DNA of 63,223 nt from an uncultured Gammaproteobacteria bacterium (GTDB taxonomy: Bacteria; Patescibacteriota; Patescibacteriia; Patescibacteriales; UBA12465): NCBI GenBank assembly GCA_964431235.1, contig CAYSJA010000022.1:1-63223 (forward strand), given 5' to 3'. This document shows positions 53,844 through 63,072 of the stretch, in pieces. Within the stretch, counting starts at the first letter, position 1. Each line of letters begins with the position of its first letter. The notes beneath the pieces are model-generated. The model had not been told where the DNA came from. It ran no database searches and saw only the letters and a program-made list of their open reading frames with translations. The translations under genes were made by a program, and so were the position numbers.

Positions 53844-54854
53844 TTATATTATTCCGTCTTTTTTCTTTTGCTGGGCGTCGATAGCTAACGATCGATAACC
53901 ACTTTTTTTTGCTAACTCTAAAGTTTTTTCCCAGAATTTCTTGGTTTTTATTTGTGCTTGATGATTTTTAAGAAAACTGATTAAGTTTTTATCAGGAGAT
54001 AAAATTTCAAATAAGCCGATCTGACGCTGGTTTAAGCCAAGTTCCTTTTTAGCTGCTCGTTTTAAATTAGTTAAAGATTGAGCGCTTATTAAATTAAGAT
54101 TATCCAAAACTAAATTCCAGGGCAAACCTAAGTTAAGAATTTTATAGAGACTTTCTAAGACATTAACTGCTTCTATAGTGGCTATTACCAGTCTGCCAGT
54201 AGAAGCCGCTTTTATCGCTTGGCGAAGGTTTTCTGGGTTATCGTCATCCAAGGCGATAATATCTGAATCATGTCGTAATACTCTTTCCCAACTCTCTTTA
54301 TTATTAGGTAAAGGGATTAGGCCCTCAAGATTAAACTCAGGATAGAGATCCATAAAATAAGCTGATTTTTTTTCCAAATCAATATTTTGTAAGCAGGAAA
54401 ACAGGGTACTTGTTCTGCCTTGACGCTCCTTAGAAGCTATTAATATTAAACCGCTTTTTTTAACTAAATTTTTTTCCAGTAATTTTTTCTCTTTTATCTG
54501 TAATCCTAATTTATTTAGGCGGTAAAGAAAATAATCACTTTTTATCAGACTAATGATTATTTTTTCTCCATACTTGTCCGGTAGTATGCTTAAACGGAAA
54601 TTAAGGTGATATTTCTTAGAGCGTAATTTACAGTATTTACCCCTTGTTAGTTCTTGAGGTGCAATTTTGAGAAGTTGGCGCAGGTTATCAGCTAAATCAG
54701 ACTCTAATTTTTTTGGTAATTTAAAATAGGCCTCCTCTTGGCCAGGAAGTTCTAAACGACAGAAAAAATCTTTTTCCGAGTTGGAAATAGTCAAGCGATC
54801 AGCCTTTTCCCGCGCAGCAAAACTAAAAATATTTTCTATAGTTTTAATAGCCAT
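53844..54854 (-). CDS. GspE/PilB-family ATPase homologue with degenerate catalytic motifs (pseudo-ATPase)
   Basis: The family core is conserved (FRLSILPDKYGEKIIISLI, GLILIAS...TSTLFSCL, ASTGRLVIATIEA). Walker A is SKERQGRT instead of GPTGSGKT. Walker B/Asp box reads IIALDDDNP. His box reads TGRLVIATIEA. Confidence 0.7.
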   Translation of the reverse strand: MAIKTIENIFSFAAREKADRLTISNSEKDFFCRLELPGQEEAYFKLPKKLESDLADNLRQLLKIAPQELTRGKYCKLRSKKYHLNFRLSILPDKYGEKIIISLIKSDYFLYRLNKLGLQIKEKKLLEKNLVKKSGLILIASKERQGRTSTLFSCLQNIDLEKKSAYFMDLYPEFNLEGLIPLPNNKESWERVLRHDSDIIALDDDNPENLRQAIKAASTGRLVIATIEAVNVLESLYKILNLGLPWNLVLDNLNLISAQSLTNLKRAAKKELGLNQRQIGLFEILSPDKNLISFLKNHQAQIKTKKFWEKTLELAKKSGYRSLAIDAQQKKKDGII

Positions 54855-54895
54855 ATCTTTTCTTATTTTAGCATGTTTTATATTATTTTAAAAAT

Positions 54896-55351
54896 ATGTT
54901 AAGCTATAATTACAATATTACAATATTGTTTTTTTATATGGCTTATTCTAGTCTTTATGCTCGGGTTTATGATAGAGCGCAAAAAGCAGGCCAGTCTTTA
55001 TTATTGGTTTGTAAATTTGCTCCTACTAAATTTTATTTAGTAATTATTGCCGTTTGGCAAATTTTAGCTTGGTTACAGGCAATAAATATTATTAACCGCT
55101 TGCAAGGAAATTTTCTTATCCTCCATTATAATATTGATTTTGGGATTGATTTAGTGGGTGTGCCGATGAAAATTTTTTATTTTCCGGCCGCCGGACTTTT
55201 AGTTTTACTACTTAATTTTGTTTTAACCGCTGTTTTTTCTCGTCATCAAGGTGCTCGAATTTTGTTTCATTTACTTTTTTCTGTTTCTATTTTGTTTAAT
55301 GTCTTTTTAAATTTAGCTTTATTTGCAGTTTATTTGATAAATTTTCGATAA
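54896..55351 (+). CDS. hypothetical membrane protein upstream of mraY
   Basis: 151-aa ORF with three or four TM helices. Alternative start at 54938 (MAYSSLY). Confidence 0.55.
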   Translation: MLSYNYNITILFFYMAYSSLYARVYDRAQKAGQSLLLVCKFAPTKFYLVIIAVWQILAWLQAINIINRLQGNFLILHYNIDFGIDLVGVPMKIFYFPAAGLLVLLLNFVLTAVFSRHQGARILFHLLFSVSILFNVFLNLALFAVYLINFR

Positions 55352-55363
55352 TTCAAAATTAAT

Positions 55364-56410
55364 ATGGAATTTCAAATTATTAGAATTTTATTTTTTTCCA
55401 CTTTATCTTTTGTTTTTGCTATTTTATCAGCTCCACTTTTAACCCATTTTTTATATAAATATAAGCTGGGCAAGCAAATAAGGAATAGCGGAGCTACACC
55501 AATATTCAGCCAATTACATGCTCATAAAGCAGGAACGCCAACTATGGGAGGAGTTTTGATATGGGGGACTGTTTTACTTTTAATTTTATTTTTTTATCTT
55601 TTATTTCGTTTGCTTCCAGGAGAGATTTTTATTTATTTCAATTTCTTATCTCGAGCAGAAACTTTATTGCCTTTAGGGGCCCTTATTGCTACTGCTTTGA
55701 TTGGTTTATTTGATGATTGGCTTGATGTTCGAGGAAAAGGAGTTTTTGGCGGTGGCGGTTTAAAATTAAGGCACCGGTTACTAATTTATACCCTCATCGC
55801 TATTATTGGTGCTTTGTGGTTTTATTTTAAACTTGATTGGACTGTTATCAATGTGCCTTTTTGGGGGAATTTTGAAATTGGCGCTTGGTATATTCCCATA
55901 TTCATTTTTATTATTGTCGCTACTTCTTTTTCAGTTAATGAAACTGATGGCTTGGACGGGTTAGCTGGTGGGACTCTTCTTATTGCCTTTGCTTCCTATA
56001 GTATTATTTCTTTTGTAATGGGGCGTTATGATTTAGCTGTTTTTTGCGCGGTTATTATTGGTGCCTTATTAGCTTTTTTATGGTTTAATATTCCTCCGGC
56101 TAGATTTTACCTAGGTGATACCGGCGCTATGAGTTTAGGGGTAACTTTAGGAATAATTGCCATGTTAACCAATAATGCTTTTTTATTGATATTTATTGGT
56201 TTAATTTTTTTAATAGAGTCATTATCAGTTATTTTACAGATATTATCTAAAAAATTTCGTGGTAAAAAAATATTCTTATCTAGCCCTATTCATCATCATT
56301 TTCAAGCCATCGGTTGGCCGGAATCTAAGGTAGTAATGCGTTTTTGGGTAATAGCGGGGGTGGGGGCGACAATGGGACTCATTATTTTTTTATTGGATAA
56401 GCAGATATGA
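55364..56410 (+). CDS. mraY: phospho-N-acetylmuramoyl-pentapeptide transferase
   Basis: VNETDGLDGLAGG, GDTGAMSLG, HHHF. Confidence 0.95.
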   Translation: MEFQIIRILFFSTLSFVFAILSAPLLTHFLYKYKLGKQIRNSGATPIFSQLHAHKAGTPTMGGVLIWGTVLLLILFFYLLFRLLPGEIFIYFNFLSRAETLLPLGALIATALIGLFDDWLDVRGKGVFGGGGLKLRHRLLIYTLIAIIGALWFYFKLDWTVINVPFWGNFEIGAWYIPIFIFIIVATSFSVNETDGLDGLAGGTLLIAFASYSIISFVMGRYDLAVFCAVIIGALLAFLWFNIPPARFYLGDTGAMSLGVTLGIIAMLTNNAFLLIFIGLIFLIESLSVILQILSKKFRGKKIFLSSPIHHHFQAIGWPESKVVMRFWVIAGVGATMGLIIFLLDKQI

Positions 56411-57540
56411 GTGGGAAATTTTTTAAACATAAAAAGAAAAAAAATGGTAAGAATTGGCATGAACCGGACAAAAGTTTAATAACTGCAATGATGGCCGTTA
56501 TTGTGGTTGGTTTAGTTTTTCTTTTTAGCGCTTCTTCAGTTATTTCTTATTTTCGTTTTGGTTATACCCATTTTTATTTTAAAAATCAATTTATCGCTCT
56601 AATTATAGGCTTAGTAGTTTTTTTCGTAGTTTCCAGAATAGATTATCGGATTTGGAAAAAATATGCTTTTTTCTTTTTATTAGTTTCAATATCTCTTTTA
56701 ACATTAGTATTTGTTCCTGGTTTGCGGTCGGAATACGGCACTGCTTACAGCTGGATTAATATATTTGGTTATTCTTTTCAACCTTCAGAGTTAGTGAAAT
56801 TGTCATTTTTAATATATTTAGCTACTTGGTTAGAAGCTAAGAAAAATAAATTAGGCAATTGGAAAGAAAGCACTTTTCCTTTTTTAGTAGTTTTAGGATT
56901 AATAAGTGTTTTAATGTTGGCTCAACCTGATTTAGGCACCTTGTTTATTATCGCTTTTTCCGCCATAATAGTATTTTTTGTTGGTGGTGGAAAACTGAAG
57001 CATATTTTTATTGTTATGCTTTTAGTCGGTTTAGGATCATTTTTATTTTTTAGTTTTAATTCATCTTACCAAAGTGACCGTTTTGAATGCTTTAAAAATC
57101 CTAGTTATGGAATACAAGATAAATGTTATCAGATAAACCAATCTCTTATTGCAGTCGGATCTGGCGGTTGGTTTGGCCGCGGTTTAGGAGAAAGCCGGCA
57201 AAAATTTATGTATCTGCCTGAAGTTTGGGGAGATTCAATTTTCCCTATTATTACTGAAGAAATTGGTTTTATTTTCAGCACTCTCTTGATTCTTCTCTAT
57301 CTTTTTATTTTCTATCGCGGACTTATTATTGCTAAGAATGCACCTGATTTGTACGGCAGTGCCTTAGCTACTGGTATTATTTCTTGGTTAGCAATACAAA
57401 CATTTTTGAATATAGGCGGAATGATAAATTTAATTCCGATGACTGGCGTACCTTTACCTTTTATTTCCGCTGGCGGTTCAGCTATTTTATCCGCCTTGAT
57501 TGGTATGGGAATATTAGTTAATATCAGTAAGCAGACCTGA
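56407..57540 (+). CDS. ftsW: SEDS peptidoglycan glycosyltransferase FtsW
   Basis: QPSELVKL, LPEVWGDSIFPIITEEIGF. Located between mraY and murG, with an ATGA overlap with mraY. Confidence 0.9.
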   Translation: MSGKFFKHKKKKNGKNWHEPDKSLITAMMAVIVVGLVFLFSASSVISYFRFGYTHFYFKNQFIALIIGLVVFFVVSRIDYRIWKKYAFFFLLVSISLLTLVFVPGLRSEYGTAYSWINIFGYSFQPSELVKLSFLIYLATWLEAKKNKLGNWKESTFPFLVVLGLISVLMLAQPDLGTLFIIAFSAIIVFFVGGGKLKHIFIVMLLVGLGSFLFFSFNSSYQSDRFECFKNPSYGIQDKCYQINQSLIAVGSGGWFGRGLGESRQKFMYLPEVWGDSIFPIITEEIGFIFSTLLILLYLFIFYRGLIIAKNAPDLYGSALATGIISWLAIQTFLNIGGMINLIPMTGVPLPFISAGGSAILSALIGMGILVNISKQT

Positions 57541-57551
57541 TTATTTTAAAT

Positions 57552-58679
57552 ATGGCAACTGATTTAAACAAAACAAAAAAAGTAATTCTTTCCGGTGGTG
57601 GTACCGGCGGTTCAGCCACGCCACTTTTAGCAGTAGCTGAGGCAATGCGTCAAAAAGATAAGAATATTTCTTTTTTATTTGTTGGCACTAAAACTGGTCC
57701 AGAAAAAAAATTAATTCAATCTTATAATATAACAGGAGCTTCTATTGATTTTAAAGCTATTCCTGCTGGTAAATTACGTCGTTATTTTTCCGGATACAAC
57801 TTAATCGATATTTTTAAGATAATAGTTGCTTTTTTTGTTTCTTGCTATTTAATAGGGCGGGAAAAACCTAATTTAGTGTTAAGTGCCGGTGGATTTGTCA
57901 GCGTACCTTTGGCCTGGGCGGCCTATTTAAAGAAAATTCCAGTAATTATTCATCAGCAAGATGTTCGACCCGGGTTAGCCAATCGTTTGATGGCGCCGAC
58001 GGCAAAGATAATTACTACGACTTTTGAGAAATCATTAGCCGATTATGGTTCAAAAGCATGCTGGATAGGAAATCCTTCTCCAAAGTTGCCTTCAGATAAA
58101 GAAGTAGAAAGTATAAAGGCAAAATACGGCTTAAAGTCTGATAAGCCGATTTTAGCTATTACCGGTGGCGGGACTGGTTCCTTGGCCATTAATGGTTTGA
58201 TATTCAAATCAGTGTCGTATTTAATAAATACTTTTCAGATTTTTCATCTAACCGGCGCCGGTAAAGCACCAGTAAATAAAGATTTTACTGATTTAAAAAA
58301 ATATCCTGATTATCACTGGTGGGAAATTATAAGCAGTCAAGATATGTTTTTAATGTTGAAAGCGGCGGATTTAATAGTTTCTCGTTGCGGTTTAGCCACT
58401 TTAACCGAGCTGTGCATTTTACAGAAACCAGCTCTACTTATTCCTATCCCTAATTCGCATCAGGAAGATAACGCTCGGGTTTTTGCTGAAGCTGAAGCTG
58501 CTGTGGTAGCTAAACAAAATAATTTGTCGAATCAAGATTTTTCTAATTTAGTTTTGTCAATCTTTAAGGATAAAAATAAAATTAGAACCTTATCTGATAA
58601 TATTGGTAAGATAATGAAGCCGGAAGCGGCTTCTAAAATGGCTATTTTGATCTGGAAAGTTATGAATAAAGAAATTTAA
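57552..58679 (+). CDS. murG: undecaprenyldiphospho-muramoylpentapeptide beta-N-acetylglucosaminyltransferase
   Basis: GGGTGGSATPLLAVAEAM, SRCGLATLTELC. Confidence 0.93.
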   Translation: MATDLNKTKKVILSGGGTGGSATPLLAVAEAMRQKDKNISFLFVGTKTGPEKKLIQSYNITGASIDFKAIPAGKLRRYFSGYNLIDIFKIIVAFFVSCYLIGREKPNLVLSAGGFVSVPLAWAAYLKKIPVIIHQQDVRPGLANRLMAPTAKIITTTFEKSLADYGSKACWIGNPSPKLPSDKEVESIKAKYGLKSDKPILAITGGGTGSLAINGLIFKSVSYLINTFQIFHLTGAGKAPVNKDFTDLKKYPDYHWWEIISSQDMFLMLKAADLIVSRCGLATLTELCILQKPALLIPIPNSHQEDNARVFAEAEAAVVAKQNNLSNQDFSNLVLSIFKDKNKIRTLSDNIGKIMKPEAASKMAILIWKVMNKEI

Positions 58680-58724
58680 TTTATTTAACCGATTTATAAT
58701 TTCTAAAAATAATATTATAATCTA

Positions 58725-60161
58725 ATGCGCTCTAAAAATATTTACATGATAGGGATTAAAGGAGTTGGCATGACTATGTTGGCGCAGTTTTTATCTCTTA
58801 AGGGACATAAAGTTAGTGGATCAGATGTTAAGGATATTTTTTTGACTGATAAAGTGCTTGCCCAAAGTAAAATAAAGGTTAATTTTCCTTTTTCTCCTGA
58901 TAATGTGCCGGGAAACCCTAATATAATTATATATTCCAGTGCTTTTAATATTGAGAACAATCCAGAATTAGCTTTTTTACTAAAAAATAAGGAGAAATAT
59001 AGGGAAACAGAAATTTTTTCTTTTGCCGAAGCTTTAGGCAGACTATTCAACGATTATATCGGAATTGCAGTTTGCGGTAGTCATGGTAAGACTACAGTAT
59101 CTGCCTGGCTGGGTTATGTTTTATTTAAGGCCGGCAAATCTCCTAATATTTTAGTTGGTTCTCGTGTTCCTCAATTTAGAGGTAGTAGCTTATTAGGAAA
59201 GTCTAAATTATTTGTGGCTGAAGTTGATGAATATCAGAATAAATTACGTTATTTCAATCCCTATGGTGTGCTACTAAACAATATTGATTATGATCATCCG
59301 GATTTTTTTAAAACTGAAAAGGAGTATGTTAAAGTATTTAGGGATTTTGTTAAAAAGATTCCAAAGAATGGCTTTCTAATAATAAATAATCAAGATAAAA
59401 ACAGCCGGTTGCTGATTAAAAATTGTCTGGGGCAGGTGATAAATTATGAGGTTTCAGACAAAGGGTCTTCTCAAGCGACTGTGAATTATTTAGCTCATAG
59501 TTTAACAATAAAAAATAATTATCAGTTTTTCCAAGTTAATAATTTGGGTGAATTCAAAATAAAGTTATGGGGAAGACATAATTTGTCCAATGCTTTGGCA
59601 GTTATTGCTGCTGCAAGAGAATTAAAGGTGCCGCTTGAAAAAATAAAGCGATATTTAGCTGAATTTTCCGGTACCGTTCGGCGAAGTCAGATTCTGGGAA
59701 AATATAAGCAAGCTCTTATAATTGATGATTATGCCCATCATCCCACAGAAATAAAAGCAACTATTTCCGGTTTGCGCGATCGTTATCCCAAGCAACGCCT
59801 AAGAGTTATTTTTCATCCCCATACTTTTACTAGGACTAAAGCTTTATTTGCCGACTTCGTCACTAGTTTTTATTTAGCGGATGAAGTTATTATTTTAGAT
59901 ATTTATGGTTCGGCTCGAGAAAAACAGGGAGGAGTATCTAGCCGGCAATTGGCGCAGGCAATAAGAAATTATAATCGTTGCCATAAGGTAGATCAAGCAG
60001 TGAAAAATATTAAAGATATTAAAGAAACAGTCTCCTATCTTCGTCTTAGTGCCAAAAAAAACGAAATTATATTATTAATGGGAGCTGGTGATGTTTTTCG
60101 GGTAGGAGAAGAATTGTTAAAAAAGAAAGGGAAAAATAATAGAAAAAGAAAAGTCAGTTAA
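58725..60161 (+). CDS. murC: UDP-N-acetylmuramate--L-alanine ligase
   Basis: GIKGVGMTMLAQFL, CGSHGKTTVSAWL, DDYAHHPTEI. Confidence 0.93.
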   Translation: MRSKNIYMIGIKGVGMTMLAQFLSLKGHKVSGSDVKDIFLTDKVLAQSKIKVNFPFSPDNVPGNPNIIIYSSAFNIENNPELAFLLKNKEKYRETEIFSFAEALGRLFNDYIGIAVCGSHGKTTVSAWLGYVLFKAGKSPNILVGSRVPQFRGSSLLGKSKLFVAEVDEYQNKLRYFNPYGVLLNNIDYDHPDFFKTEKEYVKVFRDFVKKIPKNGFLIINNQDKNSRLLIKNCLGQVINYEVSDKGSSQATVNYLAHSLTIKNNYQFFQVNNLGEFKIKLWGRHNLSNALAVIAAARELKVPLEKIKRYLAEFSGTVRRSQILGKYKQALIIDDYAHHPTEIKATISGLRDRYPKQRLRVIFHPHTFTRTKALFADFVTSFYLADEVIILDIYGSAREKQGGVSSRQLAQAIRNYNRCHKVDQAVKNIKDIKETVSYLRLSAKKNEIILLMGAGDVFRVGEELLKKKGKNNRKRKVS

Positions 60162-60175
60162 AAAGCGAATAATAT

Positions 60176-61189
60176 ATGTTTAAGATAAAAAGAAATAAAT
60201 CTCTGGCAGAATATACCACTTTAAAAGTAGGCGGACGGGCGCAGTATTTCTCTTGTTTGAAAAATAAAGAAGATATATTAGAAGCTATAAATTTTGCTAA
60301 AGAAAAAAAACTAAAAATTACTATTTTAGGAGGCGGTTCTAATTTACTTATTTCTGGATCAGTAGATGGTTTGGTTTTAAAGAATGAGATAAAAGGAATG
60401 AGAATAATCAGGAAGGATAAGGACCAAGTTATTGTTGAAGCCAAATCAGGAGAAAATTGGTCGCATTTTGTCAATTTTACTGTAAAGAATAATTTTTATG
60501 GCCTGGAAAATATGTTTTTGATTTATGGCACGGTCGGAGCGGCTCCGGTACAGAACATTGGTGCTTATGGAGTGGAATTAAAAGATGTTTTTCACTATTT
60601 AAAGGCTATTAATTTGAAAACCGGAGCAGAACGGATTTTTTCTCTTCAAGATTGCGAATTTGCTTATCGGGACAGTATTTTTAAAAGGCGTCTTAAAGGC
60701 AAATATTTTATTTATTCTGTGGCTTTTAACTTGAGTTTGAAGCCAAAATTTAAGTTAAATTACGGCGTTATTAGAGAAAATTTAATAGCTAAAGGCATTA
60801 AAAAGCCGAAGTTGAGGGATATTATTGAAGTTATTGTTGAGATAAGAAATAGTAAGTTGCCTAGTCCGCATGTTTTACCTAATGCCGGTTCCTTTTTTAA
60901 AAATCCGGAGATAAGCCAGAGTGCCTTTAAAAAGTTACAAAAAAAGCATCCGGAGATGCCTTTTTATTCAGCTGGCTCTAAAGTGAAAATACCAGCTGCC
61001 TGGTTGATAGAACAGGCCGGTTTTAAGGGAAGAAAGGCCGATTCAGTTAGAATGTATGAAAAACAAGCTTTAATTTTAATAAACCAAGGCGGTTCTGCCC
61101 GCCAAATCCTTAATTTTGCTTCTTTAGTAAAAAAGGAAGTAAAGAAAAAATTTGGCCTTGATTTAAGTGAGGAAGTTAATGTAATATAA
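60176..61189 (+). CDS. murB: UDP-N-acetylenolpyruvoylglucosamine reductase
   Basis: YTTLKVGGRAQYF, GGGSNLL, NAGSFFKNP. Confidence 0.93.
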   Translation: MFKIKRNKSLAEYTTLKVGGRAQYFSCLKNKEDILEAINFAKEKKLKITILGGGSNLLISGSVDGLVLKNEIKGMRIIRKDKDQVIVEAKSGENWSHFVNFTVKNNFYGLENMFLIYGTVGAAPVQNIGAYGVELKDVFHYLKAINLKTGAERIFSLQDCEFAYRDSIFKRRLKGKYFIYSVAFNLSLKPKFKLNYGVIRENLIAKGIKKPKLRDIIEVIVEIRNSKLPSPHVLPNAGSFFKNPEISQSAFKKLQKKHPEMPFYSAGSKVKIPAAWLIEQAGFKGRKADSVRMYEKQALILINQGGSARQILNFASLVKKEVKKKFGLDLSEEVNVI

Positions 61190-61251
61190 GTATAAATAAT
61201 ATAAAGGGAATAAATTTAATGAAAATTATTTCAAATTAAAGCTATTTATAT

Positions 61252-63072
61252 ATGACTGCACAAGAATTGCGCCAAAAATATTTAGATTTTTTTAAAGATA
61301 AAGGGCATGCTGTTATTTCTAGCGCTTCTTTAATTCCAGAAAATGATCCTACTGTTTTATTTACCACGGCTGGTATGCATCCTTTAGTACCATATCTTCT
61401 GGGTGAAAGCCATCCGGCCGGTCGTCGTTTAGTTAATATTCAAAAATGTGTTAGGACAAGAGATATTAACCAAGTGGGAGATAAGACTCATCACACTTTT
61501 TTTGAAATGCTGGGCAATTGGTCTTTAGGAGACTATTTTAAAAAGGAATCAATTGCTTTCAGTTGGGAATTTCTTACCTCGTCTTCTTTTTTAGGACTTG
61601 ATAAAAATCGTTTGGCAGTATCAGTATTTATTGGTGATGATTATACCCCTTATGATAAGGAAGCTTATGATATTTGGAAAAAAATATTTCAAAATAACGG
61701 TTTACCAATAGAACGCCTAGCCAAACTTCCCAAAGAAAATAATTGGTGGGATCCGATTGGCAAAACTGGTCCCTGCGGACCTGATACAGAAATTTTTTAT
61801 TGGTCTGGTAAAACAGAAGCGCCAACCAGCTTTAATGATGATAATGATGCTTGGGTGGAGATTTGGAACAATGTTTTTATGCAGTATAATCAGAAAAAAG
61901 ATGGCAGTTACGAACCTTTATTACAAAAGAATGTTGATACTGGTTTAGGTTTGGAGCGGATTCTGGCGACTATAAATGGCTGGGATGATAATTATAAGAC
62001 AGAATTATTTATAAATTTAATCAAGAAAATTGAACAGTTGAGCGGTCTATTTTATGGACAAGATAAAGAAATAACCAAGGCAATGCGTATTATCAGTGAT
62101 CATTTAAAAGCCGCTGTTTTTATTAGCGGCGATGATAAAGGAATTGTTCCGTCTAACACTGATCAGGGCTATGTACTTCGCCGTCTTATTCGTCGCGCTA
62201 TTCGTTATGGGCGTTTTTTGGGAATTAAAGAGGAGCAATGGATAAAAGATATAGCTAATCAAGTTATTATTGATTATAAGCAGGCCTATGAAGAATTAGA
62301 AAAAAATCAAGATTTTATTATCCAAACTTTGAATCAAGAGGAAAAGAAATTTAATCGTACTTTAGAAAAAGGGCTTTTAGAGTTTAACAAAATTTCAGGT
62401 AATGATATTAGTGGGAAGAATGTTTTTAATCTTTATCAAAGTTATGGCTTTCCTTTAGAGATAACTGAGGAATTAGCTCGGGAGGCAGGAATAAAGGTGG
62501 ACAAAAAAGGTTTTTATGAACAGTTAAAGAAACATCAGGAGCTTTCCCGCACTGCTTCGGCTGGAAAATTTAAAGGCGGTTTATCCGATGCTGGAGAAGA
62601 AACTATCAAGCTTCATACGGCTGCTCATTTATTGTTAGCGGCTTTAAGAAAAGTGTTAGGAGATCATATTATTCAAAAGGGTAGCAACATTACTCCTGAG
62701 CGCCTGCGTTTTGATTTTTCTCATTCAGAGAAAATGACACTTGAAGAAATAAGGAAAGTAGAAGATTTGGTGAATGAAGTTATTAAGTCGGATTGGCCAA
62801 TAAATTGTGAAGAATTATCTCTTGAAGAAGCTAAAAACAGAGGAGCAATGGGAGTTTTTGATTCTAAGTACGGAGAAAGAGTAAAAGTTTATACGATTGG
62901 ACCATTGGGAGTTGATGGTCGGCCTGACTTGTCTCAAATTTTTTCTCAAGAAATTTGCGGTGGTCCGCACATAAAAAGTACTGGGGCCTTAGGGAAATTC
63001 AAAATAAGCAAAGAAAGTTCATCAAGTGCTGGTGTTAGGAGAATAAAGGCGGTATTAATAGATGAAAATTGA
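61252..63072 (+). CDS. alaS: alanine--tRNA ligase (no C-Ala domain)
   Basis: FTTAGMHPLVPY, FEMLGNWSLGDYFK, editing-domain HTAAHLL and CGGPH. 606 aa. Confidence 0.93.
   Translation: MTAQELRQKYLDFFKDKGHAVISSASLIPENDPTVLFTTAGMHPLVPYLLGESHPAGRRLVNIQKCVRTRDINQVGDKTHHTFFEMLGNWSLGDYFKKESIAFSWEFLTSSSFLGLDKNRLAVSVFIGDDYTPYDKEAYDIWKKIFQNNGLPIERLAKLPKENNWWDPIGKTGPCGPDTEIFYWSGKTEAPTSFNDDNDAWVEIWNNVFMQYNQKKDGSYEPLLQKNVDTGLGLERILATINGWDDNYKTELFINLIKKIEQLSGLFYGQDKEITKAMRIISDHLKAAVFISGDDKGIVPSNTDQGYVLRRLIRRAIRYGRFLGIKEEQWIKDIANQVIIDYKQAYEELEKNQDFIIQTLNQEEKKFNRTLEKGLLEFNKISGNDISGKNVFNLYQSYGFPLEITEELAREAGIKVDKKGFYEQLKKHQELSRTASAGKFKGGLSDAGEETIKLHTAAHLLLAALRKVLGDHIIQKGSNITPERLRFDFSHSEKMTLEEIRKVEDLVNEVIKSDWPINCEELSLEEAKNRGAMGVFDSKYGERVKVYTIGPLGVDGRPDLSQIFSQEICGGPHIKSTGALGKFKISKESSSSAGVRRIKAVLIDEN

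Noticed and set aside
405-61948. The many 60-140-aa ORFs in the track that lie antisense or out of frame inside longer genes. Examples: 405-614, 703-948, 1000-1344, 1717-2148, 11495-12049, 14167-14478, 38692-39468, 44988-45266, 58742-59050, 60154-60474.
   Set aside because: They sit fully within strongly supported genes and have low-complexity S/L/F/I-rich translations typical of shadow frames in AT-rich DNA. They have no independent start signals.
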